From Gammaproteobacteria bacterium (GTDB lineage Bacteria; Pseudomonadota; Gammaproteobacteria; GCA-001735895), in the NCBI GenBank assembly GCA_024763505.1, contig JANTFI010000003.1, forward strand, positions 784 to 64,783: 64,000 nt of DNA. Reading direction: 5' to 3'. This document shows, in pieces, positions 1-10,662 of the stretch; positions within the stretch are counted from its first letter, which is position 1, and every line of letters begins with the position of its first letter. The notes beneath the pieces were generated by a model. That model did no database searches. It saw only the letters and a program-made list of their open reading frames with translations, and was not told where the DNA came from. Made by a program: the position numbers and the translations under genes.

Positions 1-528
1 GACCGAGCCATGCCCGGGAAAATGTTTGCCGACCGCTTCCATCCCCGCTTCGCGCATGCCGCGGATATAGGCATTGGCCAGTCGACTGACGACATCGGGT
101 CGGGTGTGAAAGGCACGGTCGCCGATCACGCTGCTGATCTTGTGGCCGAGGTCGAGCACCGGGGAAAAGCTGACATCCACCCCGTAATGCAGCAATTCAG
201 CCGAAGCGATCCAGCCGATGGTTTGAGACATGGCAAGCGCGCGATCGGCATCCCGGTCATACTGATCACCCAGCAACCCCATCGCAGGCAAATGCTGAAA
301 GCCTTCTCGAAACCGCTGCACTCGGCCTCCTTCCTGATCGACCGCGACAATCAACCGGGGGTTGCGCAGCGCATGAATTTCTTCAACCAGTGCTTTTAAC
401 TGTTGCGGTGATTGATAATTTCGCGCGAACAAAATGATGCCGCCGGTTTGCGGATGGCGAAGCCGCTTGCGATCTTCATCGTTCAATGCAAGCCCGGCAA
501 TATCGAGCATCACCGGCCCCAGACTCAT
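1..528 (-). CDS. nagZ: beta-N-acetylhexosaminidase NagZ, N-terminal ~176 codons; the gene runs off the window start
   Basis: Own minus-strand translation from the ATG at 528 gives [44 protein letters not shown]...[19 protein letters not shown]...GKHFPGHG. This matches the conserved NagZ N-terminus. It is absent from the ORF track because no stop lies in the window. The ATG overlaps the ispF stop (ATGA). Confidence 0.7.
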   Translation of the reverse strand, partial: MSLGPVMLDIAGLALNDEDRKRLRHPQTGGIILFARNYQSPQQLKALVEEIHALRNPRLIVAVDQEGGRVQRFREGFQHLPAMGLLGDQYDRDADRALAMSQTIGWIASAELLHYGVDVSFSPVLDLGHKISSVIGDRAFHTRPDVVSRLANAYIRGMREAGMEAVGKHFPGHGSV

Positions 529-1013
529 ACGCTTTTCTCCAGCAATGCCACAGCATGCACCGCGATGCCTTCGTTGCGTCCGCAATAGCCTAACTGTTCG
601 GTGGTGGTAGCCTTGATATTGAGACAACTGCCATCACAACTGAGCACCCGGGCCAGCCGGGAAATCATGTCCGGAATATAGGGTGCCATCTTCGGTGCCT
701 GCGCAATAATGGTGATATCGGCGTTACCCAGTCGGTAACCGTGTTCTGCCATCAGGTCAGTCACCTTGCTCAAAAACAAAATGCTGTTGGCATCTTTCCA
801 TTGCCGGTCCGAGTCGGGGAAATGCTTGCCAATGTCTCCCAGTCCGAGTGCGCCCAGCAAGGCATCACATAAGGCATGGATCAACACATCGCCATCCGAG
901 TGTGCAAGAAAACTCTGGCTATGCGGAATCTTCACCGCGCCAATCCGGATGGAATCTCCCTCGGTAAATGCATGTACATCGAAACCGTGCCCGATTCTGA
1001 GCTTCGCGGTCAT
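525..1013 (-). CDS. ispF: 2-C-methyl-D-erythritol 2,4-cyclodiphosphate synthase
   Basis: 162 aa with GHGFDVHAF...IGGVKIPH...[19 protein letters not shown]...GDIGKHFPD, the IspF signature. Confidence 0.9.
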   Translation of the reverse strand: MTAKLRIGHGFDVHAFTEGDSIRIGAVKIPHSQSFLAHSDGDVLIHALCDALLGALGLGDIGKHFPDSDRQWKDANSILFLSKVTDLMAEHGYRLGNADITIIAQAPKMAPYIPDMISRLARVLSCDGSCLNIKATTTEQLGYCGRNEGIAVHAVALLEKSV

Positions 1014-1734
1014 AAAATTTCCTCGTTTTTTTCCGCCGGCATTATAACCGATTCAGAGTTCCAGTCATGAATTGTGCCATTCGCCCAATGATCTCCCCCT
1101 GAGTCCGTTACAGTATCCGCAATCAAAGTCTTGATCTCGACCAGCGGTGATTGCCCAAAGGTTACTTTGTCCATCGACAAGCTGTCCATTGATTGGATCA
1201 AATACCGTTTTTACATCTACTCACAGCAACTGTTAAACTGGAAATGGCCAGTTGCAACTCGATTTAACTTGCTATCAACCCGCTGATCAGTATTTATGTA
1301 AGCAAGCCGGAGATAGCCGAAAAACGATAAACTGGCGAAGTCACTAACGGCCAAGTTCTCTCGTACCCAAGGCAGCGTTTGCTCAAAATAATGCCATGAA
1401 GCCATTTTAAGGTTCACATAAGATAAAATTTCTCTGATTGACAGCTTCAGTCTTCAGCGAGTCAACGAGTTTTTGCACCCGTGCTCATAGCAACCGCACC
1501 GAGGGTCAGCTACTCGGTCAGGTTCAGGGTGCCGGAATAAGTATATTAAGGTATACTAACGGGCTAACAGCGTACCGGGGCGACATCAGGCGCAAGGCGC
1601 TCTACTCTCAGGAAATCCTGCTTCAGCGCTCAGTTTACCGTGTTGCGCAAAGTAAGGTTGATGATTTTACGTCCTAACCCGTTTCGACCCGGTATCGCTC
1701 GGTTTATCTACTGTTTGATTTCGATGGAGTACCT

Positions 1735-2193
1735 ATGAAACTGCACATCAATTTGCTGGCGTTACTGTACGCGGCGACACTGACCAGCGCTGTATCGGCT
1801 CAAACGAATAGTCTTCACAATCCACATCACATGCCACCGGCGATATCGACCTCGGACATAAACATGCAGGGGTTTCCGGATTTTCCAACACTCGAGCAAC
1901 TCAAGCGCATGGTACCTCCAGAACCGCTAACGATTGAAAAAATCAAACAGCGTTTTACTGAAAAAAGAGAAAAACTGAAAAAAATGATCGAGCAGGATCG
2001 CAAACGCGCCGAACAATACGCACGCGATTTTGATCGCTATCAAAAATATCAGGCTCTGCAATTGGCCAAAATTATGGCGCAGGCCGAGCAACAACGCGAA
2101 CGCATGCTCGATCGCCTGGCCGAAAGAGAACAGCAGGTTCTGAAGAGCTTTAAGCAGAAAGATCAAGTGCCTGCGGAAGCTGAAACCCGTTAA
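1735..2193 (+). CDS. hypothetical secreted/periplasmic protein; N-terminal signal peptide followed by a K/E/R/Q-rich helix
   Basis: Starts MKLHINLLALLYAATLTSAVSAQ (signal peptide), followed by a highly charged, coiled-coil-like C-terminal half. No recognisable family. Confidence 0.45.
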   Translation: MKLHINLLALLYAATLTSAVSAQTNSLHNPHHMPPAISTSDINMQGFPDFPTLEQLKRMVPPEPLTIEKIKQRFTEKREKLKKMIEQDRKRAEQYARDFDRYQKYQALQLAKIMAQAEQQRERMLDRLAEREQQVLKSFKQKDQVPAEAETR

Positions 2194-2276
2194 AACGGCC
2201 TTTCCGGGCGCAGTTCAATTTACCCCGCCCGGTTGACATTTTCTGCCACCTTTCAACCCGAGACCTTTCTGAAGAG

Positions 2277-5102
2277 ATGCCAAAAACAGCCAACGATAAC
2301 GCCAGCTCCGATCGCGACTTACGCTCCCGAGTCAAGCTTCTCGGGCGCTTGCTGGGCAATGTCCTGATCAAACATGAAGACCCTCGGGTGTTCAAATCGG
2401 TCGAAAAATTACGCAAGGGCTTTATCAACTTGCGCAAGCAGGATAATCCGCAAAAACGTGCCAAATTGATCGAGCATATCGATTCTTTACCGCCGCCGAT
2501 TATCGAACAAGTCATTCGAGCCTATTCAATTTATTTCAGCCTGGTCAATGTAGTCGAAGAAGACTACCAGCATCGCCAGCGTCGCAATACTATTCACAAA
2601 ACCGGACATGCCGACTGGAAAGGTTCGTTTTTTCAAACGCTCAAGGAATTCAAACAGCAGGGTTTCAGCCAGCAGGATTTGCAGTCTCTGCTCAACCGGC
2701 TGTCTTACCAACCAGTGTTTACCGCGCACCCGACGGAGTCCAAGCGCCGCACCATCATGCAATTACAGCGACGCTTGTTCGAAATCATTGATGATTTGAC
2801 CGATCCACGCATCAGTGGTTGGGAAAAGGAAGACTTGATCAACCAACTGGAGATACAGATCGAGGTGTTATGGCAAACTAACGAGGTGCGCGAAAACCGT
2901 CCTGAAGTGACCGATGAAATCAAACAGGGATTGACTTATTTCCAGCGCAGCCTGTATGAAGCCATCACCATCGAATATCGTCATCTGGAAAAAGCGATCA
3001 GCCGAATATACGGCGAAGACGAACTCGGTAATCCGGTGGTGAATGCGCCAAGCTTCATCGGCTTCGGCTCGTGGATAGGTGGCGACCGCGATGGCAACCC
3101 ATTTGTCACACCGCAGACTACGCGCACCGCCATGCGTATGCATGCGCAGGAAATTCTTGGTGAATATTCTCGTCAGGTTCATCAACTCAGTCAGGAATTG
3201 ACCCATTCATCGCGCTGGTGCAAACCATCCGATGCTTTCATGCAAAGTTTACAGTACGACGAATCCAAAGGGATCAAGGCATTTGACGAAACGCGTGACC
3301 GCTTCGAGGAAGAAATCTACCGGCGTAAACTGTATTACATGCGATACCGGCTGCATAAAAATCTGGATACCGTGAAAAAACGATTGGCTGGGCATGACGT
3401 CATAGCTTCCGAACACTGTTACCAGAATTGCAAGCAATTCATTGATGATTTGCGATTGATCTACGACTCATTGGTACAACATGACGATTCACGTGCAGCC
3501 AATGGAAAATTGAAGGACTTGATTCGTCTGGCGGAAACCTTTGGTTTTTACATGCTTAATCTCGATATTCGGCAGGAATCAACACGTCACAGTGATGCAG
3601 TTCATGAAATTCTGGATCTAACCGGCATTGCAAATTACCACGCATTACCGGAACAAACCCGGCTGTTGTTTTTGGCCGACCAGATCAGCAGTGGGCTCAA
3701 ACCGGATATCCACGAATCTGCGCTCAGTGCAGCTACACTGGAAACCCTGCAAGTTTTTCAGGTCATGCAAGAAATGCGGCAGGAGATCAGCACTCAGGCC
3801 TTCGGCAGTTATGTGATTTCCATGACTCACACCGCCAGCCATATCATGGAAGTGATGTTTCTGGCGTATATCTGCGGACTGGTGGGTCATATTCGCGGCG
3901 AGTATTTTTGTCATATCGCGGTCAGCCCGTTGTTTGAAACGATCGAGGATTTGTCGCATATCGATGATGTGCTCGGCCAGTTGCTGAATAACAGTTTGTA
4001 CAAGAAGTTACTCCAGACTTCAGGCAATACCCAGGAAGTGATGCTTGGTTATTCCGACTCCTGCAAAGATGGCGGTATCGTTTCTGCCGCATGGGGATTG
4101 TATCAGGCCCAAAAGAAAGTCATTGCCATCACCCGCGAGCATAATGTGCATTGCCGTATGTTCCACGGCCGTGGTGGTACCATCGGCCGAGGTGGCGGAC
4201 CGACACATGACGCCATTGTTTCCCAGCCCCACGATACTGTGCATGGCGAAATCAAGTTTACCGAGCAGGGCGAAGTGCTGTCGAATAAATACAGCAACAC
4301 GGAAACCGCCTTTTATGAATTGTCGATGGGAGTTACGGGTTTGATGAAGGCGAGCGCCTGCATCATCCATCCGGTCAAAACCAATCATCAGGATTTTTAC
4401 CCAGACATGGAGCAGTTATCGCTGTTGTCGGAACAAAGCTATCGGGAACTGACCGACCAGACCGAAGGCTTTTTTGAATATTTTTATGAAGCCACTCCGG
4501 TCAGTGAAATCGGCCTGATGAATATCGGGTCGCGCCCCAGCCATCGCCGCAAAGGTGATATGTCGAAAGCCTCTGTGCGCGCGATTCCCTGGGTATTTGG
4601 CTGGGCTCAGTCACGCCACACCCTTCCGGCCTGGTATGGCATGGGCGGTGCGATCGAAAAATGGTTGCAACAGAATCCTGCTGATGGAGAGCAAAAACTG
4701 CAGCGCATGTATCAACAATGGCCATTTTTTTCAGCAATGATTTCAAATACCTCGATGGCGTTGTTCAAGTCGGATATGAATATAGCAAGTCATTACGCCC
4801 AATTGTGCAATAACCAGGACATGGCGCAAAACGTGTTTGCGATGATTCGATCCGAGAACGAGCGAACCATCCGCCAGGTATTGAATATCGGCAAGGTCGA
4901 ACGTTTGCTACAGGCAGACCCGTTACTCGAACGATCGCTGACCCGGCGTGACCCCTATCTGGACCCACTGTGCTTCATCCAGATCAATTTATTGCGTAAA
5001 TTCCGCGATGAATCCGCTACCAATCCGCCGGCGATGGCGTGGAAGAGCCCCTTGCTGAGCAGCATCAATGCGATTGCCGCCGGTATGAGAAACACGGGCT
5101 GA
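2277..5102 (+). CDS. ppc: phosphoenolpyruvate carboxylase
   Basis: 941 aa with VFTAHPTE, FHGRGGTIGRGGGP and the C-terminal ...MRNTG, all PEPC hallmarks. Confidence 0.95.
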   Translation: MPKTANDNASSDRDLRSRVKLLGRLLGNVLIKHEDPRVFKSVEKLRKGFINLRKQDNPQKRAKLIEHIDSLPPPIIEQVIRAYSIYFSLVNVVEEDYQHRQRRNTIHKTGHADWKGSFFQTLKEFKQQGFSQQDLQSLLNRLSYQPVFTAHPTESKRRTIMQLQRRLFEIIDDLTDPRISGWEKEDLINQLEIQIEVLWQTNEVRENRPEVTDEIKQGLTYFQRSLYEAITIEYRHLEKAISRIYGEDELGNPVVNAPSFIGFGSWIGGDRDGNPFVTPQTTRTAMRMHAQEILGEYSRQVHQLSQELTHSSRWCKPSDAFMQSLQYDESKGIKAFDETRDRFEEEIYRRKLYYMRYRLHKNLDTVKKRLAGHDVIASEHCYQNCKQFIDDLRLIYDSLVQHDDSRAANGKLKDLIRLAETFGFYMLNLDIRQESTRHSDAVHEILDLTGIANYHALPEQTRLLFLADQISSGLKPDIHESALSAATLETLQVFQVMQEMRQEISTQAFGSYVISMTHTASHIMEVMFLAYICGLVGHIRGEYFCHIAVSPLFETIEDLSHIDDVLGQLLNNSLYKKLLQTSGNTQEVMLGYSDSCKDGGIVSAAWGLYQAQKKVIAITREHNVHCRMFHGRGGTIGRGGGPTHDAIVSQPHDTVHGEIKFTEQGEVLSNKYSNTETAFYELSMGVTGLMKASACIIHPVKTNHQDFYPDMEQLSLLSEQSYRELTDQTEGFFEYFYEATPVSEIGLMNIGSRPSHRRKGDMSKASVRAIPWVFGWAQSRHTLPAWYGMGGAIEKWLQQNPADGEQKLQRMYQQWPFFSAMISNTSMALFKSDMNIASHYAQLCNNQDMAQNVFAMIRSENERTIRQVLNIGKVERLLQADPLLERSLTRRDPYLDPLCFIQINLLRKFRDESATNPPAMAWKSPLLSSINAIAAGMRNTG

Positions 5103-6289
5103 TGCGTAAGCAACTTCAAATCCTGCAGCAGCAGCCCGAATGGCTATTATATGTGATGGCCGCCGCAGTGCCGTTATCGTTTGCCACCTGGCGTGCTCTG
5201 ATCAATAACTTTGCGATCGAGCAAGTCGGTTTTGGCGGCGTCGAGATGGGCATTCTGCAGAGCCTGCGTGAAGTGCCCGGTTTTCTGGCCTTTGCGGTGA
5301 TATTTCTGTTGTTGTTCTTGCGCGAGCAAAAACTCGCTGTGCTATCTCTTGCCGTGCTCGGCATCGGTACGGCCATGGCCGGTTATCTGCCCAGTGTCAT
5401 GGGTCTGTATTTCACCACGGTGATCATGTCGCTGGGTTTTCATTATGCCGAAACCGTGCAGCAATCCCTGTCGTTGCAATTGATACACAAGGATCACCTG
5501 CCCGTGGTGATGGGCCGGCAAATCGCTGTCGGCTCGTTTGTCGGGCTTGCGGTTTTCGCCTTTATTTCTTTCGCCATGCCGTGGCTGGGCATGGGGTATC
5601 AGTCGACTTATCTGGTGGGCGGGCTCGGCACATTGCTGATCGCGGCTTTCGTGCTGCTGGCTTTTCCGACCTTCAAGGGTGAATCCGAGCAACACAAAAA
5701 GATGATTCTGCGCAAGCATTACTGGCTGTATTACCTGCTCACCTTTATGGCCGGTGCGCGGCGGCAGATCTTTGTGGTTTTCGCCGGATTTCTGATGGTC
5801 GAAAAATTCAACTTCAGCGTATCTGAATTGTCGTTGTTGTTTCTGGTCAATGGTGTGCTGACGATTTATGCAGCGCCGAAAATCGGCCACCTGGTCAAAC
5901 ACTGGGGCGAGAAAAAGACGCTCGGTTTCGAATACCTCGGACTGATTATTATTTTCACCAGTTATGCTTTTGTCGACAGCCCGCTGCTGGCATCACTACT
6001 GTATATTCTCGACCATTTGTTTTTTGCCATGGCCATCGCACTGAAAAGCTATTTCAAGAAAATTGCCGATCCGGCCGATTTTGCCTCCACCGCAGGCGTG
6101 GCGTTTTCGATCAACCATATCGCCGCGGTGATCTTGCCATTTGTGCTGGGTTTCCTGTGGATGCACTCGCCGGCACTTGTATTTCTGACCGGCAGCGCGT
6201 TTGCGGTCGTTTCGCTGGTGTTGTCTCGCATGATTCCGCTGCAACCGCAGCGCGGCCTGGAAACCACGCTGGTGCAGGCGCGCGGCTAA
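5102..6289 (+). CDS. polytopic membrane protein, MFS-like transporter (~12 predicted TM segments)
   Basis: Hydrophobic throughout with regularly spaced helices. The start was moved to the ATG at 5102, which overlaps the ppc stop (TGATG), instead of the track start at 5039 inside ppc. Confidence 0.5.
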   Translation: MRKQLQILQQQPEWLLYVMAAAVPLSFATWRALINNFAIEQVGFGGVEMGILQSLREVPGFLAFAVIFLLLFLREQKLAVLSLAVLGIGTAMAGYLPSVMGLYFTTVIMSLGFHYAETVQQSLSLQLIHKDHLPVVMGRQIAVGSFVGLAVFAFISFAMPWLGMGYQSTYLVGGLGTLLIAAFVLLAFPTFKGESEQHKKMILRKHYWLYYLLTFMAGARRQIFVVFAGFLMVEKFNFSVSELSLLFLVNGVLTIYAAPKIGHLVKHWGEKKTLGFEYLGLIIIFTSYAFVDSPLLASLLYILDHLFFAMAIALKSYFKKIADPADFASTAGVAFSINHIAAVILPFVLGFLWMHSPALVFLTGSAFAVVSLVLSRMIPLQPQRGLETTLVQARG

Positions 6290-6368
6290 AGTCAGTTAGT
6301 GCTTGAGTCGAAAGATTGGCTCTAGCCGGCTGCTACAGCCGGTCGATTTCGGAGTTGAGAGATCGGCC

Positions 6369-7700
6369 CTAGTCCGGAATCGCCGCGCCGCTGTCGCGCA
6401 GTCGCGCCAGTTTGTAGCGCAGCGTGCGCGGGCTGATTCCCAGTTTTTCCGCAGTCAGCTTGCGCGATCCATTGAATGCCTTCAGGGTATCCAGAATAAC
6501 CTGGGTTTCCCGATCGCGTAAATCGCTGTGCAATTGGCCGCTGTCTTCTTCCTGATCGGCTGATTCCTGTTCGAACAGGGTTTCGGTTTCGAGCATGATA
6601 TCATCGGCCCCGATCTCATGACCCTGCTGCAAGATCAGCGCCCGCTGGATAACGTTATCGAGCTCTCGTACATTGCCCGGCCAGTCGTGCAACAGCAGCG
6701 CTTGTCGTGCCTCTTCACTGAGCGTAACCGGTTGCCCTGCGGCGCGCTGGTAACGCGCAATCAGGCGTTCGGCCAGAGGCAGAATGTCAGCGCGACGCTC
6801 ACGCAGCGGCGCAAGTTGCAGCGGGAACACATTCAAACGGTAGTATAGATCTTCGCGAAAGCGCTTGTTGGCCACCTCTTGTTTCAAGTCTCGATTGGTG
6901 GTGGCAATCAACCGTACATCCAGGTCGATCAGCTTGCTGCTGCCGAGTCGTTCGACCTGTTTTTCCTGAATTACCCGCAAGATTTTGGCTTGCAGCGCCA
7001 GATCCATTTCACTGATTTCATCTAGCAGCAGGGTTCCTCCCTGCGCTTGTTCAAATTTACCCATGGTACTTTTCACCGCGCCGGTAAAAGCGCCTTTTTC
7101 ATAGCCGAACAAGGCTGCTTCGAGCATGTTTTCCGGAATCGCGGCGCAATTGATCGCCACATAGGGGCCAGAGTGGCGCGGTGACGAACGATGAATATAA
7201 CGGGAGAGCACTTCCTTGCCGACACCACTTTCTCCATTGAGCAATACACTGGCATCGGACTGTGCGACCTTTTGTGCCAGCGCCTGCAGTTTCTGGCTGA
7301 CCGGGTCTTCTGCAATCATGTCTTCACTGGACAGACGCGCGGTCGGTAGCAACTGCTGCTGCAGCGTCGTCACCAACTCGGAAACCTCGAACGGCTTCAC
7401 CAGATAATCGACCGCCCCGGCCTGGATTGCATCCACAGCCTGCGGGATCGAACCATAGGCAGTCATCAGAATAACCGGGGTGCCATGTTGATGGGCATTG
7501 ATATACTCGAGTAATTGATAGCCGTTACCGGGGCTCATTTGCACATCACTAAGCACCAGTGCGACATCCTGTTGCTGCAGCAGCTTTTGTGCCTGTTGCC
7601 CATTCTCGGCTTCCACATAGCCAATGCTGTGCACTTCCAGCATATCGGCAATCGCTTCGCGCAGATCGGCATCGTCTTCTACCAGTAACACATCAATCAT
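6369..7700 (-). CDS. fleR: sigma54-dependent flagellar response regulator (NtrC family, FleR/FlrC)
   Basis: Receiver domain (VLLVEDDADLRE...LSDVQMS), AAA+ sigma54-activator motifs (GESGVGKE, GAFTGA, ESELFGYEKGAFTGA-like) and a C-terminal HTH. Its start overlaps the stop of the upstream kinase gene. Confidence 0.85.
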   Translation of the reverse strand: MIDVLLVEDDADLREAIADMLEVHSIGYVEAENGQQAQKLLQQQDVALVLSDVQMSPGNGYQLLEYINAHQHGTPVILMTAYGSIPQAVDAIQAGAVDYLVKPFEVSELVTTLQQQLLPTARLSSEDMIAEDPVSQKLQALAQKVAQSDASVLLNGESGVGKEVLSRYIHRSSPRHSGPYVAINCAAIPENMLEAALFGYEKGAFTGAVKSTMGKFEQAQGGTLLLDEISEMDLALQAKILRVIQEKQVERLGSSKLIDLDVRLIATTNRDLKQEVANKRFREDLYYRLNVFPLQLAPLRERRADILPLAERLIARYQRAAGQPVTLSEEARQALLLHDWPGNVRELDNVIQRALILQQGHEIGADDIMLETETLFEQESADQEEDSGQLHSDLRDRETQVILDTLKAFNGSRKLTAEKLGISPRTLRYKLARLRDSGAAIPD

Positions 7701-8881
7701 GATGCTGTCTCCTGCCGGTTCTGGCTCAATTGGGTTTTGCTGGCCTGCTGGCTCGGTAAATGAATTTCAAAGCTACTGCCAACGTCACGTTCGGATTGAA
7801 CCGAAATGCTGCCCTGGTGCGATTCGATAACCGACTTGACCACAGCCAGTCCCAACCCGGTGCCTTCCGGCTTGGTAGTGAAAAAAGGATCGAATAAATG
7901 TTTTAGTGTAGTGTCGTCCATGCCACAGCCATTGTCCGAAACATTGATTTGAATATCGCCCTGCACGCTCAGGCTGACATCAATTTCGATGGCCAAACCG
8001 GCTTCTCCGGCTTCCAGTGCATTCATGCATAAATTTGCCAGCGCACCCAGCAAGGCATCCTTGTTGCCATTTACCAGCAATACCCGGTCAGGTACTTTCA
8101 AGTGCAGAACCGCCCCGTGCTGTTCGAGTTGCGGCTGTAACTGTTCATTCAACTCCTGCAGTAACTCGCCGATACCAAAGTCACTCATGTGAAATTGTCC
8201 GCCGTGCGCAAACACCAGCATGTCATTAATCAAACTTTCGATATGTTTGATGCGGGCCAGTGCCTTGGCGCTGAATTTGAGGCTCTGCCCGGCATCTAGC
8301 TGACTATCGACCACTTGCGACAGATACAGCATGGAGGAGGAAAGCGGTGTGCGAATTTGATGTGCCAAACTTGCCATCATCTTGCCCATAGTCATCAGAT
8401 GCAGATTTTGCTGCGCGGCGCGTTGTAATTGTCGAGTCTGGGTGACATCGCTCAGCAACAGTATTTGACCAGGCTGATACCCCAGTGGGCGGGTTGATAT
8501 GCTGAATTGACGACCATCAGCCGTGCGCAGCTCACCCTGATCCAGTTCCGGTTGAAAAACCCGGCTGACAATATCGCGCCATATTTCGCCCTGAAGTGGT
8601 TTGCCCAGCAAATCGCTGGCCGCGGTATTCACATCCACCACCTGGCCACTGGCATTGAGAACAACAACCGCGCCGGGAATCGCATCCACCAGTTCACGTA
8701 AATGCTGACTCACCGGTCTGAACTCCGGTGGAAATGTTGCAAGCGTGGGCTCCGGAGCTGGTGGTGATGATGCAGTATTGCGACTGTCTGGAGGCAAAAG
8801 ACAGCCGTCAAGCACTGCAGGCAGAACAGTCTGTTCATAAGAGGTTCTCGGTGTAGCGGCAGATTCAATTCGAGTAGGCAT
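7697..8881 (-). CDS. fleS: PAS-domain sensor histidine kinase (FleS/FlrB)
   Basis: PAS region, an H-box (LAHQIRTPL) and HATPase motifs (NLCMNALEA, GTGLGLAVV). Paired with fleR by a 4-nt overlap. Confidence 0.8.
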   Translation of the reverse strand: MPTRIESAATPRTSYEQTVLPAVLDGCLLPPDSRNTASSPPAPEPTLATFPPEFRPVSQHLRELVDAIPGAVVVLNASGQVVDVNTAASDLLGKPLQGEIWRDIVSRVFQPELDQGELRTADGRQFSISTRPLGYQPGQILLLSDVTQTRQLQRAAQQNLHLMTMGKMMASLAHQIRTPLSSSMLYLSQVVDSQLDAGQSLKFSAKALARIKHIESLINDMLVFAHGGQFHMSDFGIGELLQELNEQLQPQLEQHGAVLHLKVPDRVLLVNGNKDALLGALANLCMNALEAGEAGLAIEIDVSLSVQGDIQINVSDNGCGMDDTTLKHLFDPFFTTKPEGTGLGLAVVKSVIESHQGSISVQSERDVGSSFEIHLPSQQASKTQLSQNRQETAS

Positions 8882-8922
8882 ATTCTTGCTTGTCTGTCAG
8901 TTCAGGAGACTGATAGCACTGA

Positions 8923-8939
8923 CAGCATGAATCAAACCA
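8923..8939 (-). promoter_or_regulatory. candidate sigma54 (-24/-12) promoter for fleSR
   Basis: Minus strand reads TGGTTTGATTCATGCTG, with GG and GC separated by 10 nt as in TGGCACG-N4-TTGC. It lies about 40 nt upstream of the fleS start. Confidence 0.3.
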
Positions 8940-9033
8940 TTATCAATTATTCTTTTATTTTCAAAAGCTTAAAATTCAACCTGATCCAAGATGACGAAAT
9001 TTTGACAGCTGTGTTTTACGCTGGGAAACCGGT

Positions 9034-10443
9034 CTAGCGGACGATTTCGTACTTTCGCATTTTTTCGACCAGTGTGGTGCGGCGTATATGCAGCAGATTG
9101 GCGGCTCGGGCAACCACATTATTAGTTTCATTCAGAGCTTGCTCGATCAGGGAAATCTCGATCTCCATCAAGTGCTGTTTCATATCAATACCGCCCTCTG
9201 GCAAGCGCTCAAGGTCGAGTTTGATAGTGTCAGGTTTGACAGCTTTTTCCGCCACCATCAAGGTGCTTTGTTTCATCTCTTCGCAGATGTATTTCTTTGG
9301 CAAGTCTTTGACGTCAACCACATCGTGTGGATGCAAAATAGCTAACCGCTCGATCAGGTTGGCCAGTTCCCGGACATTGCCAGGCCAGCCATAATGCGAC
9401 AACATTTGTACGGCCGCACGGGAGAGTCGCACCGAGCCGCGCGATTCCTTTTCTATGCGATGAATCAGTTCCTCGATTAACAGAGCGATATCTTCGCGTC
9501 GGTCTCTCAGTGCCGGTACTTCTATCGGAAATACATTCAGGCGATAGAATAAATCCTCGCGGAAACTGCCGTTACGAATCTGTTCTTCGAGATTGCGGTG
9601 GGTGGCAGCAATAACGCGGACATTGGTTTTATTGGTGCGATTACTACCCACCCGCTCATAGGTATGCTCCTGCAATACGCGCAGCAGTTTCACTTGCATC
9701 GATAAAGGCATATCACCAATTTCATCGAGAAAAATCACACCTCCTTCGGCTAACTCAAAACGCCCCTGGCGATTACTGATGGCACCGGTAAACGCGCCCT
9801 TTTCGTGGCCGAATAATTCGCTCTCGAGCAATTCAGATGGAATCGCACCACAGTTGATCGGAATAAAGGGCTTGTTTCTGCGATTCGACATCGCATGGAT
9901 ATTTCGAGCAATCACTTCTTTGCCGGTGCCGGATTCGCCGGTGATCAAAACCGATGCTGAGGTATCCGCGACCTGCTCGATCATTTGACTGATTTCGATC
10001 ATCTCTGCACTCTGCCCGACCATATCCTGACAGGAACGATTACTGAGTCGACGTTCGCGCCTATTGTGATTCTTGACGATATCCAGAACCTGACTCAGGG
10101 AGTAATAATCCGCGTTAAAACACAACGCCGAAATATAGGGTAAATGTGCGACCACCTGTTGTTCATCAAGCTGCTCTTTTTCGGCAAGAACGACCAGTGG
10201 ATACTGACATTTATCCTGCTTGTTCGCCTGCAAAAAATAATGTCGAACGGTTTCATCACTAACCGTAAATATCGCTTGATACCGATCCAGTTCCTTGCTC
10301 GGAAACTCGAGTATCTGTTGCGGGGATATGATTTCGCTCGGATATTTAATGAACTTGAGCAAATTTTGCAGCGACTGCGCCCGCTGCTCTTGATGGTCGA
10401 TGATCAGGATGTCAGTTACGTTCGTATCGGTCGTTTTTTTCAT
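9034..10443 (-). CDS. fleQ: sigma54-dependent flagellar master regulator (FleQ/FlrA)
   Basis: Receiver-like N-terminus, an AAA+ sigma54-activator core (GESGTGKE, GAFTGA, FLDEIGDM) and a C-terminal HTH. Its position upstream of fleSR matches Pseudomonas/Vibrio order. Confidence 0.8.
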   Translation of the reverse strand: MKKTTDTNVTDILIIDHQEQRAQSLQNLLKFIKYPSEIISPQQILEFPSKELDRYQAIFTVSDETVRHYFLQANKQDKCQYPLVVLAEKEQLDEQQVVAHLPYISALCFNADYYSLSQVLDIVKNHNRRERRLSNRSCQDMVGQSAEMIEISQMIEQVADTSASVLITGESGTGKEVIARNIHAMSNRRNKPFIPINCGAIPSELLESELFGHEKGAFTGAISNRQGRFELAEGGVIFLDEIGDMPLSMQVKLLRVLQEHTYERVGSNRTNKTNVRVIAATHRNLEEQIRNGSFREDLFYRLNVFPIEVPALRDRREDIALLIEELIHRIEKESRGSVRLSRAAVQMLSHYGWPGNVRELANLIERLAILHPHDVVDVKDLPKKYICEEMKQSTLMVAEKAVKPDTIKLDLERLPEGGIDMKQHLMEIEISLIEQALNETNNVVARAANLLHIRRTTLVEKMRKYEIVR

Positions 10444-10535
10444 GTTTCAGCAGACAAAGAAAGCAAAGGACAAGGCGAATCTGAAAAGCACCTTGTTAAA
10501 GCAGTATCGTGGATAGAGAGAAGTGTAGATGAAAC

Positions 10536-10551
10536 TGACAATATATTGTCA
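10536..10551. promoter_or_regulatory. perfect 16-bp palindrome TGACAATATATTGTCA in the AT-rich fleQ upstream region
   Basis: Read directly from the sequence, 93-108 nt upstream of the fleQ start codon. A candidate operator. Confidence 0.4.
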
Positions 10552-10662
10552 CTAATTTAGAGATTATTTCTATAATTTTCTCAAGTATTTGTTTTTACTG
10601 AATTTTATTTTTCTTATCTAGCCATAAAAACCTGGGGTGCTTCAGGCTTCAGGCTACAGGCT

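Noticed and set aside
1010-1417. ispD pseudogene upstream of ispF
   Set aside because: The region has the right size and position. But neither ORF fragment shows any IspD motif (for example the AAG.G.RM N-terminus), so it is not called.
5039-5101. Track start at 5039 for the membrane protein
   Set aside because: It would overlap the conserved ppc C-terminus by 63 nt. The ATG at 5102, overlapping the ppc stop, is the more parsimonious start.
5342-5902. 186-aa minus-strand ORF
   Set aside because: Antisense to the MFS-like membrane protein gene. His/Gln/Arg-rich low complexity.
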